Shown here: positions 37,091 to 49,539 of the stretch, piece by piece | How the letters are laid out: each line of letters begins with the position of its first letter | Numbering within the stretch: position 1 is the first letter of the stretch | Assembly (NCBI GenBank): GCA_964188305.1 | Contig: OZ076887.1 | Strand: one strand, 5' to 3' | Length of the DNA: 64,000 bases | Source of the DNA: Podarcis bocagei | Lineage: Eukaryota | Made by a program: the position numbers and the translations under genes | The notes under the pieces: model-generated | What the model saw: the letters and a program-made list of their open reading frames with translations, nothing else | Told to the model about the DNA's origin: nothing | Databases searched by the model: none

Positions 37091-39861
37091 TACACCTACC
37101 ACCCTCATTTAATTTTTCAGCATTTGTCTATTTGCCAGCATAGTGACTCATAGGTTGGGACTATGAGCTAACGAGTGGATTATTGAAATATCATAATCCA
37201 CTGTGAATACTGAATTCTCCAGGTTCAGTCCTAACCACCCAATAATGCAGAATTAAGATAATAAGCCATTAAGCCCAAAGAAGAGGACATAATACAGAAT
37301 GTTCAGTTTCAAATCCCATTAAATCCCATGCAATCAACTTAGCCGCAAAAGATTATACTTAAGAATTAAAAATACCATTGTTGAAACCTTTATATGAATC
37401 TTATTAGTAGAGCTTAGCAAGATTCATTGTCCAAGCATGGTTCCCACTCATCATATTAAGGTCACATAACTCAAAAACAGGAATCTATATGCAAAGCCTT
37501 CAGGTGATGTCAGAAGACATTCTTTGTTCTGCAAGTTTTGAACTGTCCTCAGGACGTCTTGTAGCATAGCAAGTTATTCCAGCAGAAGAGAGCTTTTGAT
37601 GACTTTTGTAGCACTTTTCTAGGACTTTTGCCTTTCCTCCAAACTCTGAGATACAATTCCCCCCTGAAAAACCATTATATTAACAGCGGAGACAGATTCT
37701 GTTTCAACCCAAAGAACATTCACAGAGAGAAGATATTTCATCCCATCAAGCAATTTGCAGCTGCAATATTACAGAATGAAGCTCTCACGCATCTCAAATT
37801 ATCATGGAAATGGGTGACTGAGAGCGTGCCCCTCCACACACCAGCAATTTAGATGGCAAGCTGCTGATCATTGATAAAAGTGTTACAATTATTTTTAGGG
37901 ATGGTGACAAAGTTAATTAAAAGCAAGCAAAGGAGTGAGATCTGTCAGAGCAGAAACTAATCTCTGGCCTTCCATGTGAAAGCTCGCAAGCAGCCTTCGA
38001 TACCAATCTTTGGATAAACTTTTCACCCTGACCTTCTCATCACTGTTCTCCATCTCCAAGCTTAAACTCATGACTCTGTTTGGCTCCCTGTCATTGTTTT
38101 GTGCATTGGAGCTGTCTGTGTGCTCTGTCTGTTATCTTTAGGTGATGATTTATCATCCTGTGCCCAGGCATTGGCATCATACAACAAACCTCCATAAGAC
38201 GTTTTTTTTTTAATGCAGAATCCCTTCATTCCTGTAAGCAATCAGCAGTATACATTGTCACAAGCAGAAAAGAGAGGAAATAACCAATCTTTTATTTCTG
38301 AAGTTGTCATGCATTTATTTAGTTTCTATCAAATGCACATCCTTTTCTTCCATTACCCATTCAGTGATTTAGTCTTATGCTGAATTAGAAATGTTTTAGA
38401 TTAGTCTGAATATTTAAAATCTTCAGAAAATTACTAACTGAATACACCGTTTAGGAAGCAGGGGGTTTGAGAAAAGACAAAGATCTACTTGACTACTTTG
38501 TTTTAGGTTTATGGCTTGCTGCTCTAAAAATCATCAATTTTTTTAGTGTTGCTATGTTAGTATTTTCTATTATTTCCATACCCTTTCTGTCTTTGATTGC
38601 ATTATATATTTGTATGCACAATGAATACAAGTGGCACACCTACTAAACTCCAACAGGATTTCTGCCCAGTTGTGTGGGTGTGTTTACCTGGCCACACTAT
38701 TCCTCTCCCCTCATGTTGAGTAATAACCATAGCCTCTGGTTTATCTGCTACTATTGACAGTGGCACCAACATTTTTCTGAGATACTGCATAGGACGCAGA
38801 AATGTCACAGTTTCTGCCCCAGGAGGATTACAAAAGAACGAAGTATTTTATAGGAATGATATTGATTCAGACTGTCAAAAATTTTGCTCATAGAGTAAAA
38901 AATAGTAGACAATGATCTAATCCTCAAGATTGGTTGGGTCTAAACTTTTCTTCTACAAAGGTCAAAGCCAGAAATAGCAAAGAAAGGATTGAGATATGCA
39001 ACACATGGATTCTAAACCCAGAGGAAAACAAGCAGTCGTATATTATCTGTTCTGCTATACAACTGTCATAAAACCAGAATATTGCACAGAAGTATCCATT
39101 CCTCTTTAGCATAGTTAAATTAAAATATTTAAAAAACCTCAACAAAAACATGTATCCATAGCTGCAAAAATGATTCTCAATGTTACTTTATCTGTTATTT
39201 AGTGTCTAGGGAATACTATGGACCTGGAGAAGAAGCTACTGGGAAAACAAGAAAGCTTTTTCATACGTAGTTGTAATAGGGTGGCAATATTTCAAAAAGT
39301 AAAAACCAGGACACCCTGAAATTTCACCTTTGAAATCCTGGTAATGTCCCGGAAAATCTGGATGTATGGCAGTTGTAAAATAGCCTCTGAGGTTGTTTTT
39401 TAAATGGTTGTTAGTCAAAGCACTGATCAAAATTTTCTTCCACAAGACTGAAAAAGCATAATTTGAATTTTTGGGATAGGAAATGAAAGCCTGACTCTTG
39501 GATACATACAATATTAAGTCACAAAATGTGCTCTATGTCAAGTGCATTTATTTTGATCATGCTATTTATTCATTTATTTAAATGATTTATATACCACTTA
39601 ACAACACTAGTCTCTAAGCATTTTACAAGGATACAAATATATTATATATCACAAGTAAAGCTCAGCTAAAACTATATAATCAAACTTCAGTTAAAATACC
39701 TGCTGGAAGTTGTTTTGATTCCAGCCCACTCACAGAATCAACTTGATTAATTTGCTGTATTATATTTTTGGTTCTCCTTCAAATGGTTCCCACCAGATGG
39801 TTGAATCAATTATCACTCTATATGTTTATTCCTAGAGATGAGAGAAATAACGAACTTTTTT

Positions 39862-40003
39862 CAGGGAGAGCAATAGCTTTGCACGTACAAGGTCCCAGGT
39901 TCAAGCCTAGCATCTCCTTGTAGGGTTGAGAATACCCCATGCGCAAAACCCTGTAGAACCATTGCCAGTCAGTGCAGACAATGATGAGCCAGATAGAAGT
40001 CTG
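39862..40003 (+). mobile_element. Decayed tRNA-headed SINE (Squam2-like)
   Basis: aaggtcccaggttcaagcct B box; tgccagtcagtgcagacaatgatgagc. Confidence 0.65.
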
Positions 40004-40090
40004 TTGTACTCATGCAGGGGTCTAAATCACATGGGGACGGGTCGTCTCTCCTCTGCTTACCGTCTCCAATGCACAGAGCAGGGGTGGGAT

Positions 40091-40411
40091 CAGGGCAGGA
40101 TTTAGGTTTGATGAGGCCCTAAGTTACTGAAGGGAATGGGGCCCTTTATATGTCCAGCTGTCCTTTGTCAACCACAAATTGTCACTGTTTTTTGTGTTGA
40201 ATATTTTAGGGAGCAGGCAGGGCCCATTACTTACATCATAGGCGCCTACACAAAACACTGTTGCTGTATGTAGGTTTTATTTTATTTGTTTTTTATCTTA
40301 TATTTTGGAAAAGTACATCCAGGTTTTTTCCCTTTAAATTTTTTTGGGGGGGGCCAAGAGAGTGGGGTCTTAAGCTATAGCTTGTTTAGCTTATACATAA
40401 ATCCAGCACTG
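40091..40411. mobile_element. Non-autonomous hAT element (321 bp)
   Basis: Termini CAGGGCAGGATTTA / TAAATCCAGCACTG. Perfect 8-bp TSD ggtgggat. Confidence 0.85.
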
Positions 40412-41123
40412 GGTGGGATTAATCAGGGGTGAGACCAATGGGTACAATTCTAATCACATGTGGCTTGAACACTTACTTATGGCTTCATATTCTTCATTTA
40501 ACTGCCACTTTAATGTGATTTTTGGACTAGAATCTAGAACTCCCTCCCTTTAAGAATGATCTTTTACTGGTTCCACTTATTTGGTATTGACAGGGGCTCT
40601 ACTGAGTACTTATGTGGTATACCCAACTTTCCACACAGCCCACTAGGCGAAATATGAGAGTCATTACAACAGATGCATCAATATCCAAAGCCACAATACT
40701 CCAGGATGACAGCAATATTAATTAGTAGGAATCCAAATATTCTGGGAGGTTAATTTCTCCCTGCACCACACATTATCGGAATTGTACTCCAAAATACTTA
40801 AAGGATTTCTCTCACATCCAAGAAAAGTCCAGGGCACTCGTCCATTTCAAAACTTTTTCTTCTTCCAAGGACATAAAATATCAGTTACAAACAATGAATA
40901 TTTAAGTTTAGGGATTTCATAGCTGATAGCAGCATAACTGAGAGGATTTAGAGGCAAAAAGATGTGTATTTCAGATGTTGAGTGTGAAAATTGAGAACTA
41001 AATTATGATTCCATGTTGCTTAAAGATCAGAGTTAATGAACTGAAAGGGAGTTAAACATTAGTTTTTCAGTTCTAAAGTAGTTAAAAGCAATTTTAACTA
41101 AGTTATTCTCACAAAGAAAAAAC

Positions 41124-41300
41124 TTATTTATTTAGTTATGTCCTGTGTTTCCTGCAGCGAGCTCAAGGTGGCACATATGGTTATTTTCCCACCTTTTATC
41201 TTCACAACAACCCTATGAGGTAGGATAGGCTGAGAGCAGGTGACTGGCCCAAGGCTCTATCACTGAGATTTATGGCCAAGTGGGGTTTTGAGTCCAAGAC
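41124..41300 (-). mobile_element. CORE/MIR-like SINE (Squam3-like)
   Basis: ttttatcttcacaacaaccctatgaggtaggataggctgagag..tgactggcccaagg; related to 24680. Confidence 0.7.
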
Positions 41301-41932
41301 CACTCTCAGTCCCCTCACAAGGTATGGTGAAAAGCCCGCATCCACTAAAATTCTAAAAAAAATAATCCAAAATGTCATGAGAATGAGGCTGAAAAATGGA
41401 AACCTTAGGGGTAGAACTCAGAGCCAGTTGCCTTAAGAGTTGTTTGGCAACTCTTGGGAAAGGTCTCCCTTGGAAGGTGGTGGACTCTGCTTCCTTGGAG
41501 GTTTCTCAGCAGAGATCGGACGGCCCCCTGCCGTGGATGCAAAACATCTGAGAAACAGGAGGACAGATTTCAACAGAGCACTAATTCTGAAGCACATCAA
41601 TGGATGAATAGCCTTCTGGTACACTCAGATTTGTCTGGTTGGGATTTGATAAGCAGAATATCTCCATCCCACTCCCCTTTGTTTATATTAGCCAGATGTA
41701 ATGCAAACTCTGAAAATGAAAAACACTCAGATGAAATACACTTAATAAATGTGCCGCCATCTTCTTGTTTTGCTCAGCAGAAATCCCATCCGTGTAGCTT
41801 GTCTTCACAAATGTTCAGAGTGCAAGAAGCAAAACACATCATACTTTCCACGTAACTTGCTCAGGCTTTCCTTTTTAAGTGCTGATGGCATTCGGAGTTA
41901 ATACCATCCTATTTCAGAGTCTACGGCAGAAA

Positions 41933-42200
41933 TCATAAGAACAGGAAAGCCTAATGGACCAGGCCAAAGACCCATCCAGTCTGGCTCTTTGTTCCCTCAC
42001 TGGTCAACCAGGATGCCTTCCTCGGTATCAACCATCTTGGGCCTTACAATCAGCAGGAGAGGTCCTGTTGATGGTGCCACTGCCAGGGCTGCAATTTGGC
42101 AGCGTCCCATGACAGGGACTTCTTAGTGGCAGTGCCCCATTTATGGAATGCCCTCCTTAGTGAAGTGCACCGGTCTCCTTCACTACTAACTTTTAGGGAA
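41933..42200. mobile_element. Short CR1 3' fragment (-) followed by an old L2 3' fragment (+)
   Basis: cataagaacaggaaagcc..ggaccaggccaaagacccatc; then cagggacttcttagtggcagtgccccatttatggaatgccctcc. Confidence 0.55.
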
Positions 42201-42457
42201 GACATGATATGTTATTTGTTAACCTGCCCCCTATACAGGGATCCAAGAGACTGATTTCTGAAACCTTTGCTCATACATGGAAACAGGTATACTCCGGCAG
42301 AAATGGTTCAGTTTCTCTTGAGTGACACTAATAGCTACCATATACGACACATAAAGTAGTGCAAAGAAGATTAGAGAGACAGATAACATTGCTGCAAATT
42401 GTACAGGAGATTTAGAAATTTAATCCAAAGTTGAACTAGGTCTGAGCTAGCTGACAG

Positions 42458-42607
42458 AAGCGCTTTTTTCTGGGGGAACTCAGGGGGACACATACCCCTA
42501 AACATTTTATGAATTGAAGTTTGGCCTCAATGAGAGGCAGTATTTCAATATGATTAGGAAAATGAGAGTACCCCTAAACATTTTTTTTAAGAAAGAAAAA
42601 AGCACTG
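42458..42607. mobile_element. Non-autonomous hAT MITE (150 bp)
   Basis: Termini aagcgctttttt / aaaaaagcactg. Perfect 8-bp TSD gctgacag. Internal direct repeat tacccctaaacatttt. Confidence 0.85.
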
Positions 42608-42679
42608 GCTGACAGTATTACCAATTTCTCTTTCTTCACATTATTGCTATATGTTTTATATTGTTTGCAGACTGGCAAA

Positions 42680-42777
42680 TTGTAATCCTTAGTTACAGAG
42701 TAGGAGTTTTAAACAACCTTCTAAAAACAGTTTAAAACTCCTAATCTGTAACTAAGAATTACAAACTGTTTTTGGAA
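42680..42777. repeat. Inverted repeat (35-bp arms, 15-nt loop) plus an overlapping second inverted pair
   Basis: 42680-42714 vs 42730-42764 (2 mismatches); 42719-42733 vs 42763-42777 (1 mismatch). Confidence 0.9.
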
Positions 42778-42979
42778 CTTTTAATTGTATTATTATCGAT
42801 ATGTTTGTTGCCCTGGGCTCCTTTGGAGGAGGATGCAGAATTTAAATCTAATAAATAAGAAGGAAGGCGGTATATGACACAGGCAAAGAAATCATGTCAA
42901 CTAATAAATGCCAAGTATGTGTGGAAACTGCAGAGCAAGGAGAGTTTATCCATCTAGCTCCTCCTTGCTCCCATTAGAC

Positions 42980-43117
42980 CAGGTGTGAGGAACCCTTGGT
43001 CCTCCAGATGTTACTGAACCACAATTTCCATCATCCCTGGCCATTGGCCATGCTCACCAGAGCTGATGGAGGTTGATTTTCAAAGACATCTGGAGGGTCA
43101 AAGGTTCCCCACCCCTG
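42980..43117. mobile_element. hAT MITE
   Basis: CAGGTGTGAGGAACC / GGTTCCCCACCCCTG; flanks cattagac/cattgacc. Confidence 0.8.
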
Positions 43118-43817
43118 CATTGACCAATCTCCCACTGTTCTGCCAGTGGGCTGCACTGGAGGCCCCGCTGCCCCAGAGCAGGCAGTCACACGTGCCAACA
43201 GCAGAAAATCCTTTCAGTGCTTTCCATGAGTGTATTTGCAGAATTGGGGCAGCGGGGTGGATATTCCCTGGGAGCACCACTGTCCTCATTTGTGTAAAAG
43301 GGAAGCACTGAGGAAAGAGCTCCCTCTTGAATTGCTCTGTGTCAGCACTATTTCTAAACGGTTTGTGGGATAACGTGCAGGAACGGCAAACCAAAGTCGA
43401 CACTCGAAGGCCTGGCACCTGGCACTCGGCCTACTTCTGTCTTCCCTTTGCTCTGCTCTGCTCCAAAAGAACTCCAGAAGCTGACAGGGGAAACGGGCTT
43501 TCTCCAAGCCTGACAGGTAATTAAATCTTCACTCTTGTGCTTGGTGGAAACAGAGCTAGACATCAGTATCTTTGCCAAAGCATGTGAGAAGTATTTCTTA
43601 AGACTTCTTGGGGACCCTGAATTCAGCTTCCTGCTTTTCAGACATATACCATTTCAATTTAGCTTATTATTTCCAGAGTCCAATATCTGAACACCCTTCA
43701 GATTCCACTGGAATAGTCCTCATAAGAAATCCTTGCATTGACACCAGCTTCAGTTTGCCCTTCAGTTTGATCTACACCCAAAAGGTACAATCCAAGTCCA
43801 GTTTTGCTATTGTCACT

Positions 43818-44240
43818 GTAGAATCATAGACTTGGAACAGATCTTCAAGGTCACTTAATCTAACTCACAGCATACTGCAGGATCTTCAGTTTAGGATGCA
43901 ACTACAGCATCCCTGGCAGGTGGCTGCCCAGCAAAGAAGGATCCCACCACCTCCAAAGGAAGTCTGTTCTACTATCAAGCAGCTCTCACCATTAGTCAGT
44001 TCCATTGAAATCTACTTCCCTGTAGTTTCCAGTCATTGGTTCTAGTCTTGCCTACTGCAGCAGCAGAAGACAAGTCTGCTGAACTGCCTGCATCACAGAA
44101 CTTCAGGTATTTCAAGGCCACTACCCATGTTTTCCATTGATCTTCACTTTTCCAGGCCAAACATACCCAGCTCCTCGTGGTATTGATTTCCAGACAGCAA
44201 ACCATCTTAGTCATCCTGTTCTGAATGCATTCCAAAAGAC
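43818..44240 (-). mobile_element. CR1 3' fragment
   Basis: tagaatcatagacttggaa..tcaaggtca terminus; minus strand encodes LECIQNRMTKMV..LKYLK..TRTNDWKLQGSRF. Confidence 0.8.
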
Positions 44241-46871
44241 GTGGATTTCCAGGCACACTGGATATCAGCTAGAAGACAGCCATGAACAAAGCCACAGATT
44301 CTACTTCTGTTCCAGAAGTTCCCAGTGCTGAAGACACAAGCCACTGTTCAGTTGGTGCATGCTGAGATCCACCCTGGTCAAATTCTGAAGCACAGTGGCA
44401 GTAGGGAAACCAGATTCCAGCAGATCTGGTCCATGGTTCCTCCTCCCAATTCTACAGGCTGCGTCTTCTCTCTCTGATTTCTCTCCTCCTGGCATGATCT
44501 GTCCCCTTCTCTGTTGACGCAACTGTATACTGAAATAAATCAGTTAGTGTATAAAATACTAAAATATTATTTGCATACTATCACTAGAAAGTGCATTTGT
44601 GCTCTTTTGCAGCTCCTATATGTTCTCACTGGGCTTGTTTCCACAGAAGAAATTCCAGTGAATTGTGCCATTTGTCTTTGTGTTTGTGTGTGTCTGCAAC
44701 AGAACAGCTATTCTGCTAGAATGGGTACATTTTTATTATCAAGCTTTTGTCTTCATTCTGCATTATTCAGTTGCACCGAAGGCATTATAATTAAATGTGT
44801 GTTAAAAACAGCAACGGTCTGAAGATCAAGCAAGGTGGGGTTGGGGTTTTGGAAGGAAAGTAGATTGTTGCTTTTCTCTTGCATAGTATTCAGTCCAACC
44901 TTGGCTCTAACATCTGACAACATAATGCCATAGAATATTTACAGTTGCACCAGAAGTCGCTGGAGGGAGAGGAAAAGTGTTTTAAGATTGACAAGTCACA
45001 CAGCAGCAGCAGCATCTGTTCCATAGTGCTGCACCGGAGAGGAAACGAGCCAAAATCCTGGTGTGGGAATTCCAAAATCTCAAAATACTAAGCACAGGTC
45101 ATCCACTGTGATTTACTAAAGTGTGAAAGAGTCACAAGGGGCATGTAAATGAAGAGTAACTATGGCATGGAATGGAGGGAAGTAGTGCAAGCACAGAAAC
45201 AGCCAAAAAGAGATGGATGGAGCTATTCATTCTAATCAGTTCCGTTCATATGAAAGTGGAGCTTGTGAACCCAAGCACTAGAGTAACAAAAGCATCCCAA
45301 CATTAATCAACCCCCAGTTCTCCGAGTTCCCAAAACGAACAACACAAGCAAAATTTGTCTGCACTGGCATTTATCTGTACTGTCTGCAAAAAGCTATAGT
45401 AGAAGATCCATATTTGCAGTCAGAGTTCCAGTATCTGGAACACTGGAAGTAGAAGCAAGAGATGCTATCGGTGCTTCATTTGTCACACAAGAAATGTTAT
45501 GACTCCAGGATGCTCAGAAACTCGCACCCTCTGGCCCCAAACTGCTATCTCTCAAGTCCTGGGTGTGTGTAGCAAAACCACTGTGCTAAGGAATGGCACA
45601 ACGCACAAGCAGGGGGTGGACATGTCACCTTTCCAACCTACAAGTGCGCAAATTATTTTTTTTTTTTTTGCTTTCTCCAGCAACTTTTTGCATGAGCAGC
45701 TTTTCTCGTAAGTAACATTATGTTCCATTGGCTGAACCCCAAGGGGAAGAGAATTCTGGACTTCCCACAAAGCATCCCATGGGCTGCCCAAATCCAAGGA
45801 ATGCTTTCTTGGAAGGAAGTCCTACTTGAGTTTTAATGAGATTACCTCCTCTCTTAAGCAAATTAAGCATTAAATACAATGGGCCTAAGCACACTTAAAT
45901 CTGCACTGAATTGAATTTTGGTCTTCGAACACGTGAAATCAATTATCCTCTAGCTGACATTCTAGATCAGAATACCGCCTTTCTGGTTTTACCTTAAATG
46001 CTGGGCAATCAATGCTCTGATTGAATTTTGCTACCTCTCTCGTTTTTATTACATTTGTAGAGCAATTATAGAATGACTGATTTGTTTTGTATGACTGATT
46101 TTCATGTATTCAAGTGGTAGGGTGCCATGGCTGGTCGTCTCAATACGTTATCAGCAAACCACGGAGAGAACTGAAGGAAACATTATCACAAGCTTGCTGT
46201 ACCCCAATTCCAGGAGTGCAAGCGCATCCGTGCAGGCTATTGCTTTCATTTGACTTGTTGCCATCCATCTGTCTGGGGAGACAATGAAAGAGAGCAATTT
46301 TGGGGGTGAAGTCAAACTGTTGGAAGATTGCAACGCCTGCAGTGGCTTTAGAGACTGATATGGGAGAGACATATTTTGCTGCAGCTGGGGCAGAGGAAGG
46401 TGCCTGGTTTTGCTGCTGCAGATGCACCATGATGTTTCTTCTCTGTGTTTTCCTCCCAGTGGGCATTCCTCCTCAGGTCACTGCTGTGGAAGCACACTGG
46501 AAACTTGACGCACTTTATAATGCTTGCATTCATTGAGAATTATGTAAGTTGAGCAGAGGCAGGAAGTATTAACACCCTGACACACATTCTAGGTGGGTGG
46601 GCAAGGTATTGTACCCTAAGGATGCTTCCAGAGTGCTACCTATAAATACACACTCTCTCTCCTCAGGCCTGCCTGAACTTGTCTCCATGGGACTTAGTGG
46701 CAGCCAACCAAACTGCTTTCTTTGTGCTCTTTCTACATTATTTCTCAGCTGTTAGAATGAGCAAGGTTACCTCTTTTCCAGAAACTTTCCGGCCATTTCC
46801 TTAGATGTGCAAAGGCCAGCTTTTTCAGGACCACCAACGCATATGTCTGAACAACAATGAATGGACTAGGA

Positions 46872-47006
46872 CAGGGGTGGGGAACTATGACCCTTCGGGT
46901 TACTGGTCTCCAAGTCCCATCAGCCTTTGCCAGCAGGGACAGTTGTTGGGGGTGATGGGAGCTGTATTCCAACATCTGTGAGAGCCACAAGTTCTTCATC
47001 CTTCTG
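46872..47006. mobile_element. Decayed hAT MITE
   Basis: caggggtggggaac start; gatgggagctgtattccaacatctg internal motif shared with the family. Confidence 0.65.
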
Positions 47007-47818
47007 GTAGGCTAAACTTGCCTAGCCAGGTTTGATCATCTCTTTTTTTGTTTTCTTTTTTTCTTTTAAAGACTAACTCATAGGATTTGCGGGTGGGGGA
47101 GTCTCTGACTTATCACCCCAGCTCCTTGAATTGTATTTAGAGTGAAACTGCTCCTGTTATCTGCAAATTATGACACAGTGATAATATCTCAGGCCCAATA
47201 TGCCATCAAGCTCATACAGCAGTCCCGTAAAGTGGCTCATTCATTAACAGGTGTAGTGATACAGAAAGCAGGGCATAAATTTTCTTTCCAAAAAAATCCA
47301 TAGAACATGAAAAAGGCACAAAAGTGGAGCCTTTTCACCATTCTTCATCCTGCCTTGGCTCTCTTTATTGGGTTTTTAAGTCAGTGTGTTTGAACTGCCA
47401 TACACAGCAACTTTCTATTGAAAAAGGAGCTTTAAAGTGTTGAGGTGGTAAATTGCTCATAGTGAAATATTTGAACTTTGGAAAGTTCTTTATTACCACC
47501 ATCCAAACCTCATTACTTGTTAGTAAAGGTCATATTAGTAAATGAAAGAAAATTCAATGGATACCTCTTTGCGGCAAAAAGCAATTTCCCCCTTTGAAAT
47601 GCAGTGACCTTTCTTGTTTTCCACTAAACAGGCCCACTTCTGTCCCAAAGATACCTGGGGAAATGATTTATTTATAACTTATCCCTATATGCACACAGAA
47701 ATATGAGTGTTCACTTCTGGCAGAGTTCTCTGGTACCACAATTCCTTCTTCCTCTTTATAATAATTAGACCATAAAAATGATTTACTAACAGTGTTTCCT
47801 TACCTAAGCCAGGTTATA

Positions 47819-48060
47819 CAGTGGTACCTCGGGTTAAGTACTTAATTCATTCCGGAGGTCCATCTTAACCTGAAACTGTTCTTAACTTGAAGCATCACTT
47901 TAGCTAATGCTAAAGTGGTCCTGCTGCCGCACCACCAGAGCACGATTTCTGTTCTCATCCTGAAGCAAATTTCTTAACCTGTGGTACTATTTCTGAGTTA
48001 GCGGAGTCTGTAACCTGAAGCGTATGTAACCTGAAGTGTATGTAACCCAAGGTACCACTG
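47819..48060. mobile_element. Tc1/mariner (Tigger/pogo-like) MITE, 242 bp
   Basis: TA TSD; TIR CAGTGGTACCTCGGGTTA / TAACCCAAGGTACCACTG. Confidence 0.92.
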
Positions 48061-48072
48061 TATAGCCTTTCT

Positions 48073-48431
48073 GAGCCTCTTGGACTTGCTGATTAGAAGG
48101 TCGGCGGTTCGAATCCCTGCGATGGAGTGAGCTCCTGTTGCTCTGTCCCAGCTCCTGCCAACCTAGCAGTTTGAAAGCACACCAGTGCAAGTAGATAAAT
48201 CGGTACCACTGCGGTGGGAAGGTAAACAGTGTTTCTGTGCACTCTGGTTTCCGTCACAGTGTTCCGTTGCACCAAAAGCGGTTTAGTCATGCTGGCCACA
48301 TGACCCAGAAAAACTGTCTATGGACAAATGATGACTCTCTCAGCCTGAAGCGAGATGAGCGCCGCAACCCCAGAGTCACCTTTGACTGGACTTAACCATC
48401 CAGGGTCCTTTACCTACATTTTTATCTTTTA
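48073..48431 (+). mobile_element. Sauria SINE, variant subfamily, 5'-truncated
   Basis: B box ggttcgaatccc; extra internal segment tttccgtcacagtgttccgttgc. TSD tatagcctttct (48061-48072, 48432-48443). Confidence 0.9.
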
Positions 48432-48593
48432 TATAGCCTTTCTAGAGGTCTGGCCATTACTCTCAATAAGCACCTTGTTAGGTGCTCCAATAAACTTCCT
48501 CTGCACAGAAGTGGCCTATTTCTTTTGGTGGCGGCAATCTGATTGATTTGTAGATTAAGAAGCTCATCTGTACATTTTATATGAAAAATGTAC

Positions 48594-49256
48594 TAAACCA
48601 AAATGCGGCAGCTAGACTGCTGACTGGGAGTGGCCGCCGAGACCATGTTACACTGGTCCTGAAAGACCTACATTGGCTCCCAGTACGTTTCCAAGCACAA
48701 TTCAAAGTGTTGGTATTGACCTTTGAAGCCCTAAACGGCCTCGGCCCAATATACCTGAAGGAGCATCTCCACTCCCATTGTTCTGCCCATAGCTGTCAAC
48801 CATCCCTTTTTTGTGGAAAATTCCCTTATTTCAGCGCCGTTTCCCACTGGTTCCCGCTGCTATCCCGGATTGTTAGATATCCCGTAGACTGTCTGCAGGA
48901 CAGGTGAGGCTGCTGATCCCTTATTTTCAAATCTGAAAGTTGACAGCTATGGTTCTGCCTGGACACTGAGGTCCAGCTCCAAGGGCCTTCTGGCGGTTCC
49001 CTCCCTGCAAGAAGTGAGGTTACAGGGAACCAGGCAGAGGGCCTTCTCAGTAGTGGCGCCCACCCTGTGGAACACCCTCCCATCAGAGGTCAAGAAAATA
49101 AACATCTACCTGACTTTTAGAAGACATCTGAAGGCAGCCCAGTTTAAGGCAGTTTTTAATGTCTGATGTTTTTTCACATTATTATTATTATTATGTTGGA
49201 AGTTGAGTCGCCCAGAGTAGCTGGAGAAACCCAGCCAGATGGGTGGGATAAAACAA

Positions 49257-49298
<42 letters not shown>
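48594..49298 (+). mobile_element. 5'-truncated L2 LINE with (TTA)n tail, split by a hAT MITE
   Basis: Encodes QNAAARLLTG..LKDLHWLPVRFQAQFKVLVLTFEALNGLGPIYLKE. Confidence 0.9.
48788..48951. mobile_element. hAT MITE (164 bp)
   Basis: Perfect 13-bp TIR CATAGCTGTCAAC / GTTGACAGCTATG. Perfect 8-bp TSD gttctgcc. Confidence 0.93.
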
Positions 49299-49304
<6 letters not shown>

Positions 49305-49539
49305 GAACATAATATATTCTCTCAGCAGCTCAATAACAAACTGAATATGATTGACAGGTCCACTCGAAAGCAACCTCTGTTTTCTAAACAGCTCTATGAG
49401 AAGCAGATTATCCATGCTCCAGTCAAAGTGACAGGTAAAACTATTTAGCAGTGTCTGTTGGATAGAAATTATTTTTTTATTGTGACTTATATTCTACCTG
49501 CTAGTGGCTACAAGGGTGTGGGGGACTCTTCAGGGAATA

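Noticed and set aside
39277-39376. Small hAT-like relic with an apparent agttgtaa TSD
   Set aside because: The right-hand repeat overlaps the presumed TIR, so boundaries cannot be fixed.
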